From the NCBI GenBank assembly GCA_002842855.1, contig PHEE01000007.1, forward strand, positions 1,139 through 65,138: DNA of 64,000 nt. The letters run 5' to 3'. Below, piece after piece: positions 50,108 through 60,093 of this stretch. The position numbers and the translations under genes are program-made. Origin of the DNA: Alphaproteobacteria bacterium HGW-Alphaproteobacteria-4 (GTDB lineage: Bacteria > Pseudomonadota > Alphaproteobacteria > Rhodobacterales > Rhodobacteraceae). The stretch's first letter is position 1. Each line of letters begins with the position of its first letter. The notes under the pieces are model-generated. The model did not search any database. It saw nothing but the letters and a program-made list of their open reading frames with translations, and was not told where the DNA came from.

Positions 50108-50176
50108 GCGGCACCCCCAGGGAGGAGGAGGGGGGTGCCGCCCTTTTTTCCCATGGCCCAGGGAGGAGGACGGGCC
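50108..50176 (-). ncRNA. CcsR-type sRNA unit 1 (proximal to the DUF1127 gene)
   Basis: Hairpins at 50155-50176 and 50108-50141 (11-bp stem). Both loops are CCUCCUCCC. It begins 13 nt after the ccaF1-like stop. Confidence 0.7.
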
Positions 50177-50188
50177 GGGAAGGGAAAC

Positions 50189-50410
50189 TTATTTGCCGCG
50201 CTTGCCGTAAGCGGCTTCGATCGCCACGCGGGTGATCATCGAGCGGTGGATGCCGAGATCATCCAGCTCACGCGTCGAGAGCACGTTGAGCTCGCGCAGC
50301 GTCTGGCGGTAAACCTTGCGGCGCTGGCGCGCTTCGTTAAGGTTGGAGAATATTGCAGAGATGCGTCCGGCAATGCCGAGGTCGCCGCTCAGGATGCTTG
50401 TGAATGCCAT
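50189..50410 (-). CDS. ccaF1: DUF1127 small protein (CcaF1-like)
   Basis: 73 aa; ...RRKVYRQTLRELNVLSTRELDDLGIHRSMITRVAIEAAYGK, the DUF1127 signature. Sits directly upstream of the hairpin array, as in R. sphaeroides RSP_6037. Confidence 0.85.
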   Translation of the reverse strand: MAFTSILSGDLGIAGRISAIFSNLNEARQRRKVYRQTLRELNVLSTRELDDLGIHRSMITRVAIEAAYGKRGK

Positions 50411-50465
50411 GTCTCAGGTTCCGTTCGATGTTCGAAAGGCGATCTCGTATTCGCCGTTGGGGCTA

Positions 50466-50493
50466 ACATGGGCAAAATGCTGCAACTGCACAA
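50466..50493 (-). promoter_or_regulatory. Candidate RpoH-type promoter of the ccaF1-CcsR locus (TTGTGC-N15-CCCATGT on the minus strand)
   Basis: The CCCATGT element resembles the sigma32-type -10 CCCCATNT. About 55 nt upstream of the ATG. Motif match only. Confidence 0.3.
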
Positions 50494-50660
50494 TAGGGCG
50501 CGGAATCAATGCCGCCATGCGGAAACTGCATAACGGATGCTGACCTATTTTAAGCTGACGTAGCGGCATTTGCCTAAATCTTACGCGGGTTTGGCATGAT
50601 CTCTTGCGCTCGCGCACAATCGCGGCAGAGTGCGCGGTGTCAACAGCGGCGGAGTGTCAC

Positions 50661-51716
50661 ATGGGTGTTACCAAAGAGCAGGTGCTGGCGGTTCTGGCCG
50701 AGGTTCCGGCGCCGGGTGGCGGCACCCTGACCTCTCGCGACATGGTGCGCGCGATGGGAATCGAGGGCGGCGAGGTGCGCTTTGTGCTTGAGGCCGATTC
50801 GCCTGAAATGGCAAGGCTGCTTGAAACGCAGCGCCCCGAGATCGAGGCGAGACTGCGGGCTTTGCCGGGGGTGGTCAGCGTTTCGGTGGCCACCACGGCG
50901 CAGGCGGCGGCCCCGAGCCTGAAGATCGGCGGCCACCCCAAGCCGCAAGCGGGGCCACAGGCAATACCGGGTGTGGCGCGGGTGCTGGCGGTGGGGTCGG
51001 GCAAGGGCGGGGTCGGCAAATCGACCGTTGCCTCGAACCTTGCGGTGGCACTGGCACGGGCGGGGCGCAAGGTCGGGCTGCTTGATGCCGACATTTACGG
51101 GCCCAGCCAACCGCGCATGATGGGGGTGAACCGCCGCCCCGCCAGCCCCGATGGCAAGACCATACTTCCACTGGTGGCGCATGGCGTTACGATGATGTCG
51201 ATCGGGCTGATGCTGCGCGATGGCGAAGCGGTGATCTGGCGCGGCCCGATGCTGATGGGGGCGATGCAGCAGATGCTGGGGCAGGTGGCCTGGGGCGAGC
51301 TGGATGTGCTGATCGTCGATCTGCCGCCGGGCACGGGCGATGTGCAGATGTCGCTTGCGCAAAAAGTGCCGGTCACCGGGGCGCTGGTGGTATCAACCCC
51401 GCAGGATGTGGCGCTGATCGATGCGCGCCGCGCGCTTGACATGTTCGCCAAGCTCAAGGTGCCGGTGGTCGGGCTGATCGAGAACATGTCTACCTATATC
51501 TGCCCGAATTGCGGGCACGAAGCGCATCTGTTTGGCCACGGCGGGGTTGCTGCCGAGGCGGCGACGCTGGGGCTGCCGTTTCTGGGCGAGCTGCCGCTTG
51601 ACCTTGCGGTGCGGCTGGCGGGCGATGCGGGCAGGCCGATTGCGGCGGGCGACGGGCCGGTGGCCGAGGCCTATGCCCGGCTCGCGGCCGCTTTGGTGGC
51701 GGAAGGCGCCGCCTGA
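50661..51716 (+). CDS. apbC: Iron-sulfur cluster carrier ATPase (Mrp/ApbC/NBP35 family)
   Basis: ATG 50661. N-terminal DUF59-like domain, deviant Walker A GSGKGGVGKST, CPNC motif. Confidence 0.92.
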   Translation: MGVTKEQVLAVLAEVPAPGGGTLTSRDMVRAMGIEGGEVRFVLEADSPEMARLLETQRPEIEARLRALPGVVSVSVATTAQAAAPSLKIGGHPKPQAGPQAIPGVARVLAVGSGKGGVGKSTVASNLAVALARAGRKVGLLDADIYGPSQPRMMGVNRRPASPDGKTILPLVAHGVTMMSIGLMLRDGEAVIWRGPMLMGAMQQMLGQVAWGELDVLIVDLPPGTGDVQMSLAQKVPVTGALVVSTPQDVALIDARRALDMFAKLKVPVVGLIENMSTYICPNCGHEAHLFGHGGVAAEAATLGLPFLGELPLDLAVRLAGDAGRPIAAGDGPVAEAYARLAAALVAEGAA

Positions 51717-52020
51717 GCGGGAAAACGCGCCCCGGCACGGGAAATTGCGGGACCGGGCACAATCGGCGTGGTCAAAACGAATCACTTCGGGGTGATTCGA
51801 ACGTCGGCGCGCCAATTGTTCCCTTAATGTTTTCCTTAATATTCAGATTGCCGCGCTTTTGGCAGAAAACATCGCGCGCCGCATGGGAATGGGGTGCTGC
51901 GCATCTGTTTACTATATTTAGTGGTGGTAACAACATTGACCGCTACCCTTGCTAAGCCAAGGCGTGAATTCGGCACAATACCTTGTTTTTGAGAGGGCTT
52001 CGACACCACATCTGCGGTAT

Positions 52021-52070
52021 TCACCCATAAATTCCTGTTGCTTCCCGTAAATTCCCACGATATCCCTTGT
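52021..52070. promoter_or_regulatory. Five 10-bp-phased direct repeats (CACCCA, TTCCTG, TTCCCG, TTCCCA, ATCCCT), a MraZ-box-like array in the dcw leader/promoter region
   Basis: The CCC/CCT cores lie at 52024, 52034, 52044, 52054 and 52064. The reverse complement reads TGGGT/NGGGA/CAGGA units at helical-turn spacing. Confidence 0.45.
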
Positions 52071-52074
52071 TCAT

Positions 52075-52279
52075 CGAAGAAGGCGGGCTCAACGGGACGC
52101 AAGATCCCAAAGGCGACTAGCAGGTTTCATACAGGCACCCGACTTTGTTCGAACCAAGAGATCCGGCGCGCGAGCGAGCAGACATCCCCCCAGGTGGCGC
52201 GCGTAGTCGGACATACCCAGCGATGGGACGAGGGCGGCGGATCGGGCAGTGGCAGCGGCCCGACCGCCGTTTCTCTTTG
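52075..52279 (+). ncRNA. UpsM-like leader sRNA of the dcw operon (5' end approximate)
   Basis: An intrinsic terminator ends at 52279, 33 nt before mraZ. The phased repeats/promoter region lie about 200 nt upstream. The architecture matches the R. sphaeroides mraZ leader sRNA. The TSS was not determinable from sequence. Confidence 0.35.
52233..52279 (+). terminator. Intrinsic terminator inside the mraZ 5' leader
   Basis: Bulged stem GGCGG(CGGA)TCGGGC-loop-GCCCGACCGCC followed by GTTTCTCTTTG. Confidence 0.65.
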
Positions 52280-52311
52280 AAACGGGGCCGGAAACGAAGG
52301 AGCGCGGGCCC

Positions 52312-52815
52312 TTGGCACGCAGGTTCAGAGGCTCGGAGACGTACAAGGTCGATGCGAAGGGTCGCGTTTCGATCCCCGCCGCCTTTCGTCGCGTGATCGA
52401 GTCGTGCGACCCCGACTGGGTTCCCGGCAACCGCCCCAACATCGTCATCGTCTACGGCCCTGAACAGCAGACTTGGATTGAGGTCTATACGATCAAGGCG
52501 ATCGAAGAGATCGACGAGGAAATCGACCTGATGCAGCGCAATTCACCCGACCGCCTGCGGTTGGAAGAGTGGATGCACGGGCAGGCGCTGGAAGCGCAAA
52601 TTGACGATGATGGCCGCCTCGTGCTGCCGCAGAAGGTGCGCGACAAGATCGGGCTTGAGGGCGAGGCGTTCTTCATTTCGGCGGGCGATTATTTCAAGAT
52701 CTGGAAGCCGGAGACCTATCAGGCGCATTACGCCGAACGTTCGCGCAAGCTGGCCGAGCAATACCCTGAAGATTTCGACCCGCGCAGCCTTCTGCCCGGC
52801 CGACCGAGGGGGTAG
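52312..52815 (+). CDS. mraZ: Transcriptional regulator MraZ
   Basis: TTG 52312, 9 nt after GAAGGAG. LARRFRGSETYKVDAKGRVSIPAAFRR... with a duplicated SpoVT/AbrB-like module (second copy DDDGRLVLPQKVR). Confidence 0.9.
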   Translation: MARRFRGSETYKVDAKGRVSIPAAFRRVIESCDPDWVPGNRPNIVIVYGPEQQTWIEVYTIKAIEEIDEEIDLMQRNSPDRLRLEEWMHGQALEAQIDDDGRLVLPQKVRDKIGLEGEAFFISAGDYFKIWKPETYQAHYAERSRKLAEQYPEDFDPRSLLPGRPRG

Positions 52816-52818
52816 GCG

Positions 52819-53796
52819 ATGCCCACCCCAACCGACGCCCCGCACATTCCGGTTCTCATCCGCCCGCTGATCGCGGCGGTTTCGCCCGTATCAGGGCTAT
52901 GGCTTGACGGCACCTTTGGCGCCGGTGGCTATGCGCGCGCGCTTTTGGCCGCTGGTGCCGAGGCGGTGATCGGCATCGACCGGGACCCTTCGGTGTTCGC
53001 CATGGCGGCGCCCTTGGCGGCCGCGTACGGTGATCGGTTGCGGCTGGTCGAGGGCACCTTTTCCGACCTTGACCGCCTGGCGGGCGTGCCACTCGATGGC
53101 GTCGTGCTCGACCTCGGGGTGTCCTCGATGCAACTCGACCAGCCCGAACGCGGGTTTTCGTTTCTGCGCGATGGTCCGCTGGATATGCGCATGGCGGGTG
53201 ACGGGCCATCGGCTGCCGACCTGCTCAACCACGCGTCGGAAACCGAGATTGCCGACATCCTGTATCACTACGGCGAAGAACGTGCGGCGCGGCGTATCGC
53301 CCGCGCCATCATCGCCGCGCGCCCGCTGGCGCGCACCGGTGATCTGGTGCAGGCAGTCGAGCGGTGCCTGCCGCGCGCCAAGCCGGGGCAAAGCCACCCC
53401 GCAACGCGCAGTTTTCAGGCGATCCGCATCTGGGTCAACGACGAGTTCGGCCAGCTGATCGCGGGGCTGGAGGCGGCCGAACGCGCGCTCAAACCCGGCG
53501 GATGGCTGGCGGTCGTCAGTTTTCATTCGCTTGAAGACCGGGTGGTGAAACGCTTTTTTCAGGCGCGTTCGGGCGCCGAGGGTCAGGCCAGCCGCCATGC
53601 CCCCGCCCGTGCCATGGTGGTGCCGGCGTTCACCAATGTTTCCAAGGCGATCGGCCCCGACGCAGAGGAGCTTGCCGCCAACCCTCGTGCGCGCTCGGCG
53701 AAATTGCGCCTTGCGCGCCGAAGCGATGCCCCGGCTGGCCACAGCGCCCGCGCCAGCCTTGGCCTTCCCGCCCCCGCGCTGAAAGGAGAGCATTGA
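52819..53796 (+). CDS. rsmH: 16S rRNA (cytosine1402-N4)-methyltransferase
   Basis: [24 protein letters not shown] motifs; 325 aa. Confidence 0.95.
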   Translation: MPTPTDAPHIPVLIRPLIAAVSPVSGLWLDGTFGAGGYARALLAAGAEAVIGIDRDPSVFAMAAPLAAAYGDRLRLVEGTFSDLDRLAGVPLDGVVLDLGVSSMQLDQPERGFSFLRDGPLDMRMAGDGPSAADLLNHASETEIADILYHYGEERAARRIARAIIAARPLARTGDLVQAVERCLPRAKPGQSHPATRSFQAIRIWVNDEFGQLIAGLEAAERALKPGGWLAVVSFHSLEDRVVKRFFQARSGAEGQASRHAPARAMVVPAFTNVSKAIGPDAEELAANPRARSAKLRLARRSDAPAGHSARASLGLPAPALKGEH

Positions 53797-54152
53797 TGCG
53801 AACGCTCGTTTCGGGTCTTGCAGTGCTGGCGGTGATGGGGCTGGCCTTTTGGGCTTACCGTGAAAATTATCGCACCCAGACCGCAATTTCCGAGCTGACG
53901 CGGCTGCAATCGGAAATTGCCAGCCTGCGCGAAGGGCTTTCGGTGCTCGATGCCGAATGGGCCTATCTCAATCGCCCCGACCGCTTGCGTGCGCTGGCAG
54001 CGATCAATTTCGACCGCCTTGCGTTGTTTCCGCTGACCGCGCGGCAGTTCGGTGCGGTTTCGCAGGTGGCCTATCCGCTGGCCGAGGGCACCGGTATCAC
54101 CCTTGACGCTGACCCGGTGGATGCCGTTTCGGCTGGCCGGAGGCAGCCATGA
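53796..54152 (+). CDS. ftsL: Cell division protein FtsL
   Basis: ATG 53796 after AAAGGAGAG. Single TM plus coiled coil, between rsmH and ftsI. Confidence 0.8.
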   Translation: MRTLVSGLAVLAVMGLAFWAYRENYRTQTAISELTRLQSEIASLREGLSVLDAEWAYLNRPDRLRALAAINFDRLALFPLTARQFGAVSQVAYPLAEGTGITLDADPVDAVSAGRRQP

Positions 54153-55930
54153 TCCGCACCCCGCTGCGCCCGCTTGCCCGCGTTCTCAGCGCCCGCGCGC
54201 GCGGCGAAAACCCCGACACGATTGAGCGCGAGAACCTGCGCGCGCGGCGCGAGGCGACGTCGGATGCGGTGCGCGGGCGCGCCGAGTTCCGCCTGCTGTT
54301 GCTTGGCGCCGCGTTCGTTGCGGGCTTTGCCACGATCGGCGCACGGATGGCGGCGCTGGCGGTCTCGCAACCGATCGAGCCGCAGATTGCCTCGTCGGGC
54401 GACGCGATCATTTCAGGCCGCGCCGATATTCTCGACCGCAACGGTCGCGTGCTGGCGACCAACCTTCTGACCCATTCGCTTTATGCCCAGCCGCAGGAAA
54501 TGATCGATCCGGCCCGCGTGGCGCGCGAACTGACCGCGATCTTCCCCGAACTTGATGCTGCACGCCTGACCGCCGATTTCACCGGCACCCGCAAGTTCCT
54601 GTGGATTCGCAAGAAGATTTCGCCCGAGCAGATGCAGGCGGTGCACGAGATCGGCGACCCCGGCCTGTTGTTCGGCCCCCGCGAGATGCGGCTTTACCCC
54701 AACGGCGATCTGGCCGCGCATGTGCTGGGCGGCGCAAGTTTTGGCCGCGAGGATGTGGGCAGCGCCGAGGTGGTGGGCGTGGCCGGGGTTGAAAAGGCCT
54801 TTGACACATGGCTGCGCGACCCTGCCAACAGCGGCGCGCCGCTGCGCCTCACGCTCGATCTGACGGTGCAGGCGACGCTTGAGGAAGTGCTTGCCAACGG
54901 CATGAAGCTGCTCAAGGCAAAAGCTGCCAGCGCGGTGATGATGAACGTGCACACCGGCGAAATCGTCGCCATGGCGAGTTTGCCCGACTTCGACCCAAAT
55001 GCGCGGCCAGTGCCCTTGACCACCGGCGATGCGGGCGACAGCCCCTTGTTCAACCGAGCGGTGCAGGGGGTCTATGAACTTGGCTCGACTTTCAAGGTCT
55101 TTGCCGTGGCACAGGCGCTTGACCTTGGCCTGATCACCCCCGCTACGATGATCGACACCCGTGGCCCGCTGGTCTGGGGTAAATTCCGCATCAACGATTT
55201 TCACAACTACGGCGCGCGGCTGAGTGTGACCGATGTGATCGTGCAAAGCTCGAACATCGGTGCCGCGCGCATCGCCATGCTGATCGGTGCCGACCGGCAA
55301 AAGGCGTTTCTCGATTCGCTGGGGTTCATGAATGCCACGCCGGTTGAGCTGTCCGAGGCGCCCGGTGCGCGCCCCTTGCTGCCGCCGAAATGGAGCGAGC
55401 TTTCGACCATGACCATCGCCTATGGCCACGGTCTGTCGGCAAGTCCGCTTCATCTGGCCACTGCCTATGCCACCCTCGCCAACGGCGGGCGGCGGGTAAC
55501 GCCCACGCTGGTGCTTGGGCCCGCCAAGGAACCCGGCGCGCAACTGGTTACGCCTTCCAGTGCGGCGGCTGTAATGTCGATGCTGCGACAGGTGGTGACG
55601 CGCGGCACCGCCAGTTTCGCCGAGGTGCCGGGTTACGCGGTGGGCGGCAAGACCGGCACCGCCGACAAGCCCAAACCCGGCGGCGGCTATTATGAAAACA
55701 AGGTGCTGGCCACCTTTGCCGCAGTCTTTCCTGCGCATGCACCCGAATATGTTCTGGTGCTTTCACTTGATGAGCCGGTAGAAGATTCCGGGGCCGAAGA
55801 CCGCCGCACCGCAGGCTGGACCGCCGTGCCGGTGGGCGCCGAGGTCATCCGCCGCGCCGCGCCGCTTTTGGGTTTGCGCCCGACCTACGGGCCTGTCGCG
55901 GGTGACGGGCTGAACCTCGTGCGCAATTGA
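54149..55930 (+). CDS. ftsI: Peptidoglycan D,D-transpeptidase FtsI (class B PBP)
   Basis: PBP dimerisation domain plus a transpeptidase domain with GSTFK (SxxK); 593 aa. Confidence 0.92.
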   Translation: MIRTPLRPLARVLSARARGENPDTIERENLRARREATSDAVRGRAEFRLLLLGAAFVAGFATIGARMAALAVSQPIEPQIASSGDAIISGRADILDRNGRVLATNLLTHSLYAQPQEMIDPARVARELTAIFPELDAARLTADFTGTRKFLWIRKKISPEQMQAVHEIGDPGLLFGPREMRLYPNGDLAAHVLGGASFGREDVGSAEVVGVAGVEKAFDTWLRDPANSGAPLRLTLDLTVQATLEEVLANGMKLLKAKAASAVMMNVHTGEIVAMASLPDFDPNARPVPLTTGDAGDSPLFNRAVQGVYELGSTFKVFAVAQALDLGLITPATMIDTRGPLVWGKFRINDFHNYGARLSVTDVIVQSSNIGAARIAMLIGADRQKAFLDSLGFMNATPVELSEAPGARPLLPPKWSELSTMTIAYGHGLSASPLHLATAYATLANGGRRVTPTLVLGPAKEPGAQLVTPSSAAAVMSMLRQVVTRGTASFAEVPGYAVGGKTGTADKPKPGGGYYENKVLATFAAVFPAHAPEYVLVLSLDEPVEDSGAEDRRTAGWTAVPVGAEVIRRAAPLLGLRPTYGPVAGDGLNLVRN

Positions 55931-55982
55931 CGCCCCTTGCGGGGCTGGCGTAAATGCCCCGTGTGGGCTCGAGGGCAAAGAC

Positions 55983-57464
55983 ATGGGCGAAGCGGCAAAA
56001 ACTCTGGCGGATCTGGGCCTTCGCGCGCAGGGCGGCCGCGAAGCGCGCATCACGGGCCTTGCCGTGGACAGCCGCGCGGTGCGTGACGGCTTCTTGTTCG
56101 CGGCGCTTCCGGGTGTAGCGGCGCACGGCGCCGAGTTCATCAGCTACGCGCTGCGGATGGGCGCGAGCGCCGTGCTGACCGACCGCGCAGGCGCCGAAAT
56201 CGCGCGCGATGTGTTGGCGGGGTCGCAGGTGGCGCTGGTGCTGGCCGAAGACCCGCGTCAGGCCTTGGCCTTTGCTGCGGCGCTTTGGTTCGGGCGGCAG
56301 CCCGAAACGGTGGTGGCGGTGACAGGCACCAACGGCAAGACGTCGGTCGCAAGCTTTACCCGGCAGATCTGGGCCGAGCTGGGATTTGACGCTGCCAATA
56401 TCGGCACCACCGGGGTTGAGGGCGCCTTTACCGCGCCTTCGGCGCACACCACGCCCGAGCCGATTACCCTGCATCGGCTATTGTCGGAAATGGCGCAAGC
56501 GGGCGTGACCCACGCCGCGATGGAGGCTTCAAGCCACGGCCTTGCGCAGCGCCGCCTCGACGGGGTGCGCCTTGCCGCCGCCGCCTTCACCAATTTCACG
56601 CAAGACCACCTCGATTACCACACCACGTTCGAGGAATATTTCGCCGCCAAGGCGGGCCTGTTTGCCCGCGTTCTGGCGCCCGAGGGGGCGGCAGTGATCA
56701 ATATCGACGATCCGCGCGGCGCTGAATTGGCGGCGCTGTCGCGCGACCGGGGGCAAACCGTGCTGACCGTCGGTGCCGACGCTGTCGCCGATCTGCGCAT
56801 TCTCGGGCAGCGGTTCGACGCCACCGGGCAAGACCTGCGCTTTGCCTGGAACGGCACTCCGTTCATGGTGCGGCTGGCGCTGATCGGCGGTTTTCAGGCC
56901 GCCAATGTGCTGGCTGCGGCGGGGCTTGCCATCGCCTGCGGCGCGGCGCCCGAGGCGGTGTTTGCGGTTTTACCGCGCCTGACCACGGTGCGCGGCCGAA
57001 TGCAGCTTGCCGCGACCCGCGAAAATGGCGCGGCGGTGTTTGTAGATTACGCGCACACCCCCGATGCGGTGAAAACCGCGCTGCGTGCGCTGCGCCCGCA
57101 TGTGCTGGGCCGTATCGTCGTGGTGCTGGGCGCGGGCGGCGACCGCGACCGCAGCAAACGCCCGCTGATGGGGGCCGCCGCCGCGGCCAACGCCGATGTG
57201 GTGATCGTCACCGATGATAACCCGCGCAATGAAGACCCCGCCAGCATCCGCGCCGCGGTGCTGGCCGCTGCCCCCGAAGCGACCGATGTGGGCGACCGCG
57301 CCGAGGCGATCTTGCGCGGTGTCGATGCGCTCGGGCCGGGGGATGCGCTGCTGGTTGCGGGCAAGGGGCATGAAAGTGGGCAGGTGGTGGGTGATACCGT
57401 CTACCCCTTCGACGATGCCGAACAGGCCAGCGTTGCTGTTGCCGCACTTGACGGCAAGATCTGA
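55983..57464 (+). CDS. murE: UDP-N-acetylmuramoyl-L-alanyl-D-glutamate--2,6-diaminopimelate ligase
   Basis: GTNGKTS P-loop, Mur ligase domains, dcw position. Confidence 0.95.
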   Translation: MGEAAKTLADLGLRAQGGREARITGLAVDSRAVRDGFLFAALPGVAAHGAEFISYALRMGASAVLTDRAGAEIARDVLAGSQVALVLAEDPRQALAFAAALWFGRQPETVVAVTGTNGKTSVASFTRQIWAELGFDAANIGTTGVEGAFTAPSAHTTPEPITLHRLLSEMAQAGVTHAAMEASSHGLAQRRLDGVRLAAAAFTNFTQDHLDYHTTFEEYFAAKAGLFARVLAPEGAAVINIDDPRGAELAALSRDRGQTVLTVGADAVADLRILGQRFDATGQDLRFAWNGTPFMVRLALIGGFQAANVLAAAGLAIACGAAPEAVFAVLPRLTTVRGRMQLAATRENGAAVFVDYAHTPDAVKTALRALRPHVLGRIVVVLGAGGDRDRSKRPLMGAAAAANADVVIVTDDNPRNEDPASIRAAVLAAAPEATDVGDRAEAILRGVDALGPGDALLVAGKGHESGQVVGDTVYPFDDAEQASVAVAALDGKI

Positions 57465-58924
57465 TGTCCGCGCTCTGGACCTCGGATGAGGCCGCCGCCG
57501 CCACCGGTGGCCGCGCAACCCGCGCCTTTATGGCCACCGGGGTTTCGATCGACAGCCGCAACCTTGCCCGGGGCGATCTGTTCGTTGCCCTGAAGGACGT
57601 GCGCGATGGCCATGATTTCGTGGCCGCTGCGCTGTCGCGCGGCGCTGCCGCAGCGCTCGTCAGCCATATTCCGCCGGGCTGTTCCGAGGCTGACCCGCTT
57701 TTGATCGTGCCCGATGTGCTTGCGGCGCTGACCGAACTGGGCCGAGCAGGCCGGGCGCGGGCGCGGGCCCGCGTGATTGGCGTGACCGGTTCGGTCGGCA
57801 AGACCTCGAGCAAGGAAATGTTGCGCGCAGTGCTGGCATCGCAGGGCAATGTGCACGCCGCCGAGGCAAGCTACAACAACCACTGGGGGGTGCCGCTGAC
57901 GCTGGCGCGGCTGCCGCAGGATGCCGACTTTGCCGTGGTCGAGATCGGCATGAACCACCCCGGCGAAATCGCGCCGCTGGCGCGCCTCACCCGTCCGAAC
58001 GCGGCGCTGATTACCACGGTTGCCGCCGCGCATCTGGAGGCGTTCACCGGGCTTGATGCCATCGCGCACGAAAAGGCCGCCGTGTTCGACGGGCTGGAAC
58101 CCGGCGGCGTGGCGGTTATTCCCACCGGCCTGCCCGTCACCCCGATTCTTGCAGCGGCGGCCACAGCCCGCGCCGCCCGCGTGCTGCGCTTTGGTGCCGA
58201 GCCGGGCGACGATTACCGCCTCATTTCGGCGCGGTTGGTCGATGACGTGACCATCGTGCAGGCCGAACGCGGCGGCAAGCCGTTGCTTTTCAAGGTGCAA
58301 TCCGCCGGTCGGCATTTTGCGCTCAACGCGCTCGGGGTGCTGGCGCTGGCCGAGGCGGTCGGCGCCGACCCGGCGATTGCCGCACTCGATCTTGGCCAGT
58401 GGCAGCCCCCCGCCGGGCGCGGCAGCCGCCAGCGCATCTATCTCGACATCGTCGATGCCGCGCAGAGTTTCGAGTTGATCGATGATGCCTATAATGCCAA
58501 CCCCGCCTCAATGGCGGCGGCGCTCGACGTGCTCGCCGCCGCCAGCCCGCGCGATGGTGTGGGGCGCGTACGCAGCGGGCGCAGGATCGCAATTCTGGGC
58601 GACATGCTGGAACTGGGGGCGGGCGAGGCGGCGCTGCATGCCGCCATTGCCAACCACCCTGCTATGGCGGGCATCCGCCTTGTGCACTGTGTCGGGCCGC
58701 GCATGCGGGCGCTCTGGCAGGCACTGCCGCCGGGCAAGCAAGGCGAATGGCATGAAACCGCCGCTGGTCTGGTGGCACGCGCGCACCACCTGGCAGACGC
58801 CGGCGACGTGGTGCTGGTCAAGGGCTCCAAGGGCGCGCGCGTAAGTCTTGTGGTTGACGCGCTGAAGAAACTCGGGCAGGCGGGCGCGGCTGAGGCGCAG
58901 GCGGCGGACAAGGGGAACTCCTGA
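57464..58924 (+). CDS. murF: UDP-N-acetylmuramoyl-tripeptide--D-alanyl-D-alanine ligase
   Basis: GSVGKTS P-loop; TGATG overlap with murE. Confidence 0.95.
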   Translation: MSALWTSDEAAAATGGRATRAFMATGVSIDSRNLARGDLFVALKDVRDGHDFVAAALSRGAAAALVSHIPPGCSEADPLLIVPDVLAALTELGRAGRARARARVIGVTGSVGKTSSKEMLRAVLASQGNVHAAEASYNNHWGVPLTLARLPQDADFAVVEIGMNHPGEIAPLARLTRPNAALITTVAAAHLEAFTGLDAIAHEKAAVFDGLEPGGVAVIPTGLPVTPILAAAATARAARVLRFGAEPGDDYRLISARLVDDVTIVQAERGGKPLLFKVQSAGRHFALNALGVLALAEAVGADPAIAALDLGQWQPPAGRGSRQRIYLDIVDAAQSFELIDDAYNANPASMAAALDVLAAASPRDGVGRVRSGRRIAILGDMLELGAGEAALHAAIANHPAMAGIRLVHCVGPRMRALWQALPPGKQGEWHETAAGLVARAHHLADAGDVVLVKGSKGARVSLVVDALKKLGQAGAAEAQAADKGNS

Positions 58925-60006
58925 TGCTTTACTGGTTGACCGGGCTTTCCGACGGTGGCGATGTTTTCAACCTGTTTCGCTACATCACCTTCAGGGCGGG
59001 GGCCGCGTTTTTTACCGCGCTGCTCTTCGGCTTCCTCTTTGGTCGCCCGCTGATCGACCTCTTGCGCCGGAGGCAGGGCAAGGGCCAGCCGATCCGCGAT
59101 GACGGCCCGCAAAGCCATCTCGCCAAGGCGGGCACCCCCACCATGGGCGGCCTGCTTATTCTGTCGGCACTGCTGGTTTCGACCTTGCTCTGGGCCCGGC
59201 TTGACAATGCCTATGTCTGGATCGTGATGGGTGTGACCTTCAGCTTTGGTGTCATCGGTTTTGCCGACGACTACGCCAAAGTGACCAAACAGACGAGCAA
59301 GGGTGTCTCGTCGCGGCTGCGTTTTGCGGCGGGGCTGGTGATTGCAGGGGTGGCGGCAGCACTGGCCACGCGGCTGCACCCCGAAGGGCTGGCAAACCAG
59401 CTTGCATTGCCGGTGTTCAAGGACGCGCTGGTGAATCTCGGCTGGTTTTTCGTGCCGTTCTCGATGGTGGTGATCGTCGGTGCGGCCAATGCTGTGAACC
59501 TGACCGACGGGCTTGACGGGTTGGCAGTGATGCCGGTGATGATTGCCGCGGGCACCTTGGGTGTTATCGCCTATGTTGTGGGCAGAACCGACTTTTCCGC
59601 CTATCTCGGGGTGCATTTCGTGCCCGGCACGGGCGAGCTTTTCATCTTTACCGCAGCGCTGATCGGCGGTGGCCTTGGCTTTTTGTGGTATAACGCCCCG
59701 CCCGCAGCGGTGTTCATGGGCGACACCGGCAGCCTTGCCCTTGGCGGCGCGCTGGGTGCCATCGCGGTTTGCACAAAGCACGAGATCGTGCTGGCAATCG
59801 TCGGCGGCCTGTTCGTGGTCGAGGCGCTGAGCGTGATCATTCAGGTGCTCTACTTCAAGCGCACCGGGCGACGGGTATTTCTGATGGCGCCGATCCATCA
59901 CCATTTCGAGAAAAAGGGCTGGGCCGAGCCGCAGATCGTGATCCGGTTCTGGATCATCAGCCTGATCCTCGCGCTGATCGGGCTCGCCACGCTGAAGCTG
60001 CGCTAA
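58924..60006 (+). CDS. mraY: Phospho-N-acetylmuramoyl-pentapeptide transferase
   Basis: 360-aa polytopic protein; the [13 protein letters not shown] motif. Confidence 0.96.
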   Translation: MLYWLTGLSDGGDVFNLFRYITFRAGAAFFTALLFGFLFGRPLIDLLRRRQGKGQPIRDDGPQSHLAKAGTPTMGGLLILSALLVSTLLWARLDNAYVWIVMGVTFSFGVIGFADDYAKVTKQTSKGVSSRLRFAAGLVIAGVAAALATRLHPEGLANQLALPVFKDALVNLGWFFVPFSMVVIVGAANAVNLTDGLDGLAVMPVMIAAGTLGVIAYVVGRTDFSAYLGVHFVPGTGELFIFTAALIGGGLGFLWYNAPPAAVFMGDTGSLALGGALGAIAVCTKHEIVLAIVGGLFVVEALSVIIQVLYFKRTGRRVFLMAPIHHHFEKKGWAEPQIVIRFWIISLILALIGLATLKLR

Positions 60007-60093
60007 GCCGACGCCCCGGGGCCGTCTGCCCCCGGCCTTGCTGACGCTTCGCTCCGGGGGCAGTGTGTGACAGTTCAGAGTCGGAGGGCGGCA

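Noticed and set aside
49801-50176. The tandem repeats as a CRISPR array
   Set aside because: The conserved part is the 9-nt hairpin loop, not a 25-40 nt direct repeat. The stems differ, spacing is irregular (16-41 nt) and no cas genes are present. The hairpin-pair organisation next to a DUF1127 gene fits the CcsR sRNA family instead.
51836-52102. 88-aa minus-strand ORF inside the mraZ leader
   Set aside because: It lies in the AT-richer non-coding leader. It has no RBS and an atypical composition for this genome, and it overlaps the phased repeats. It is more parsimoniously non-coding.
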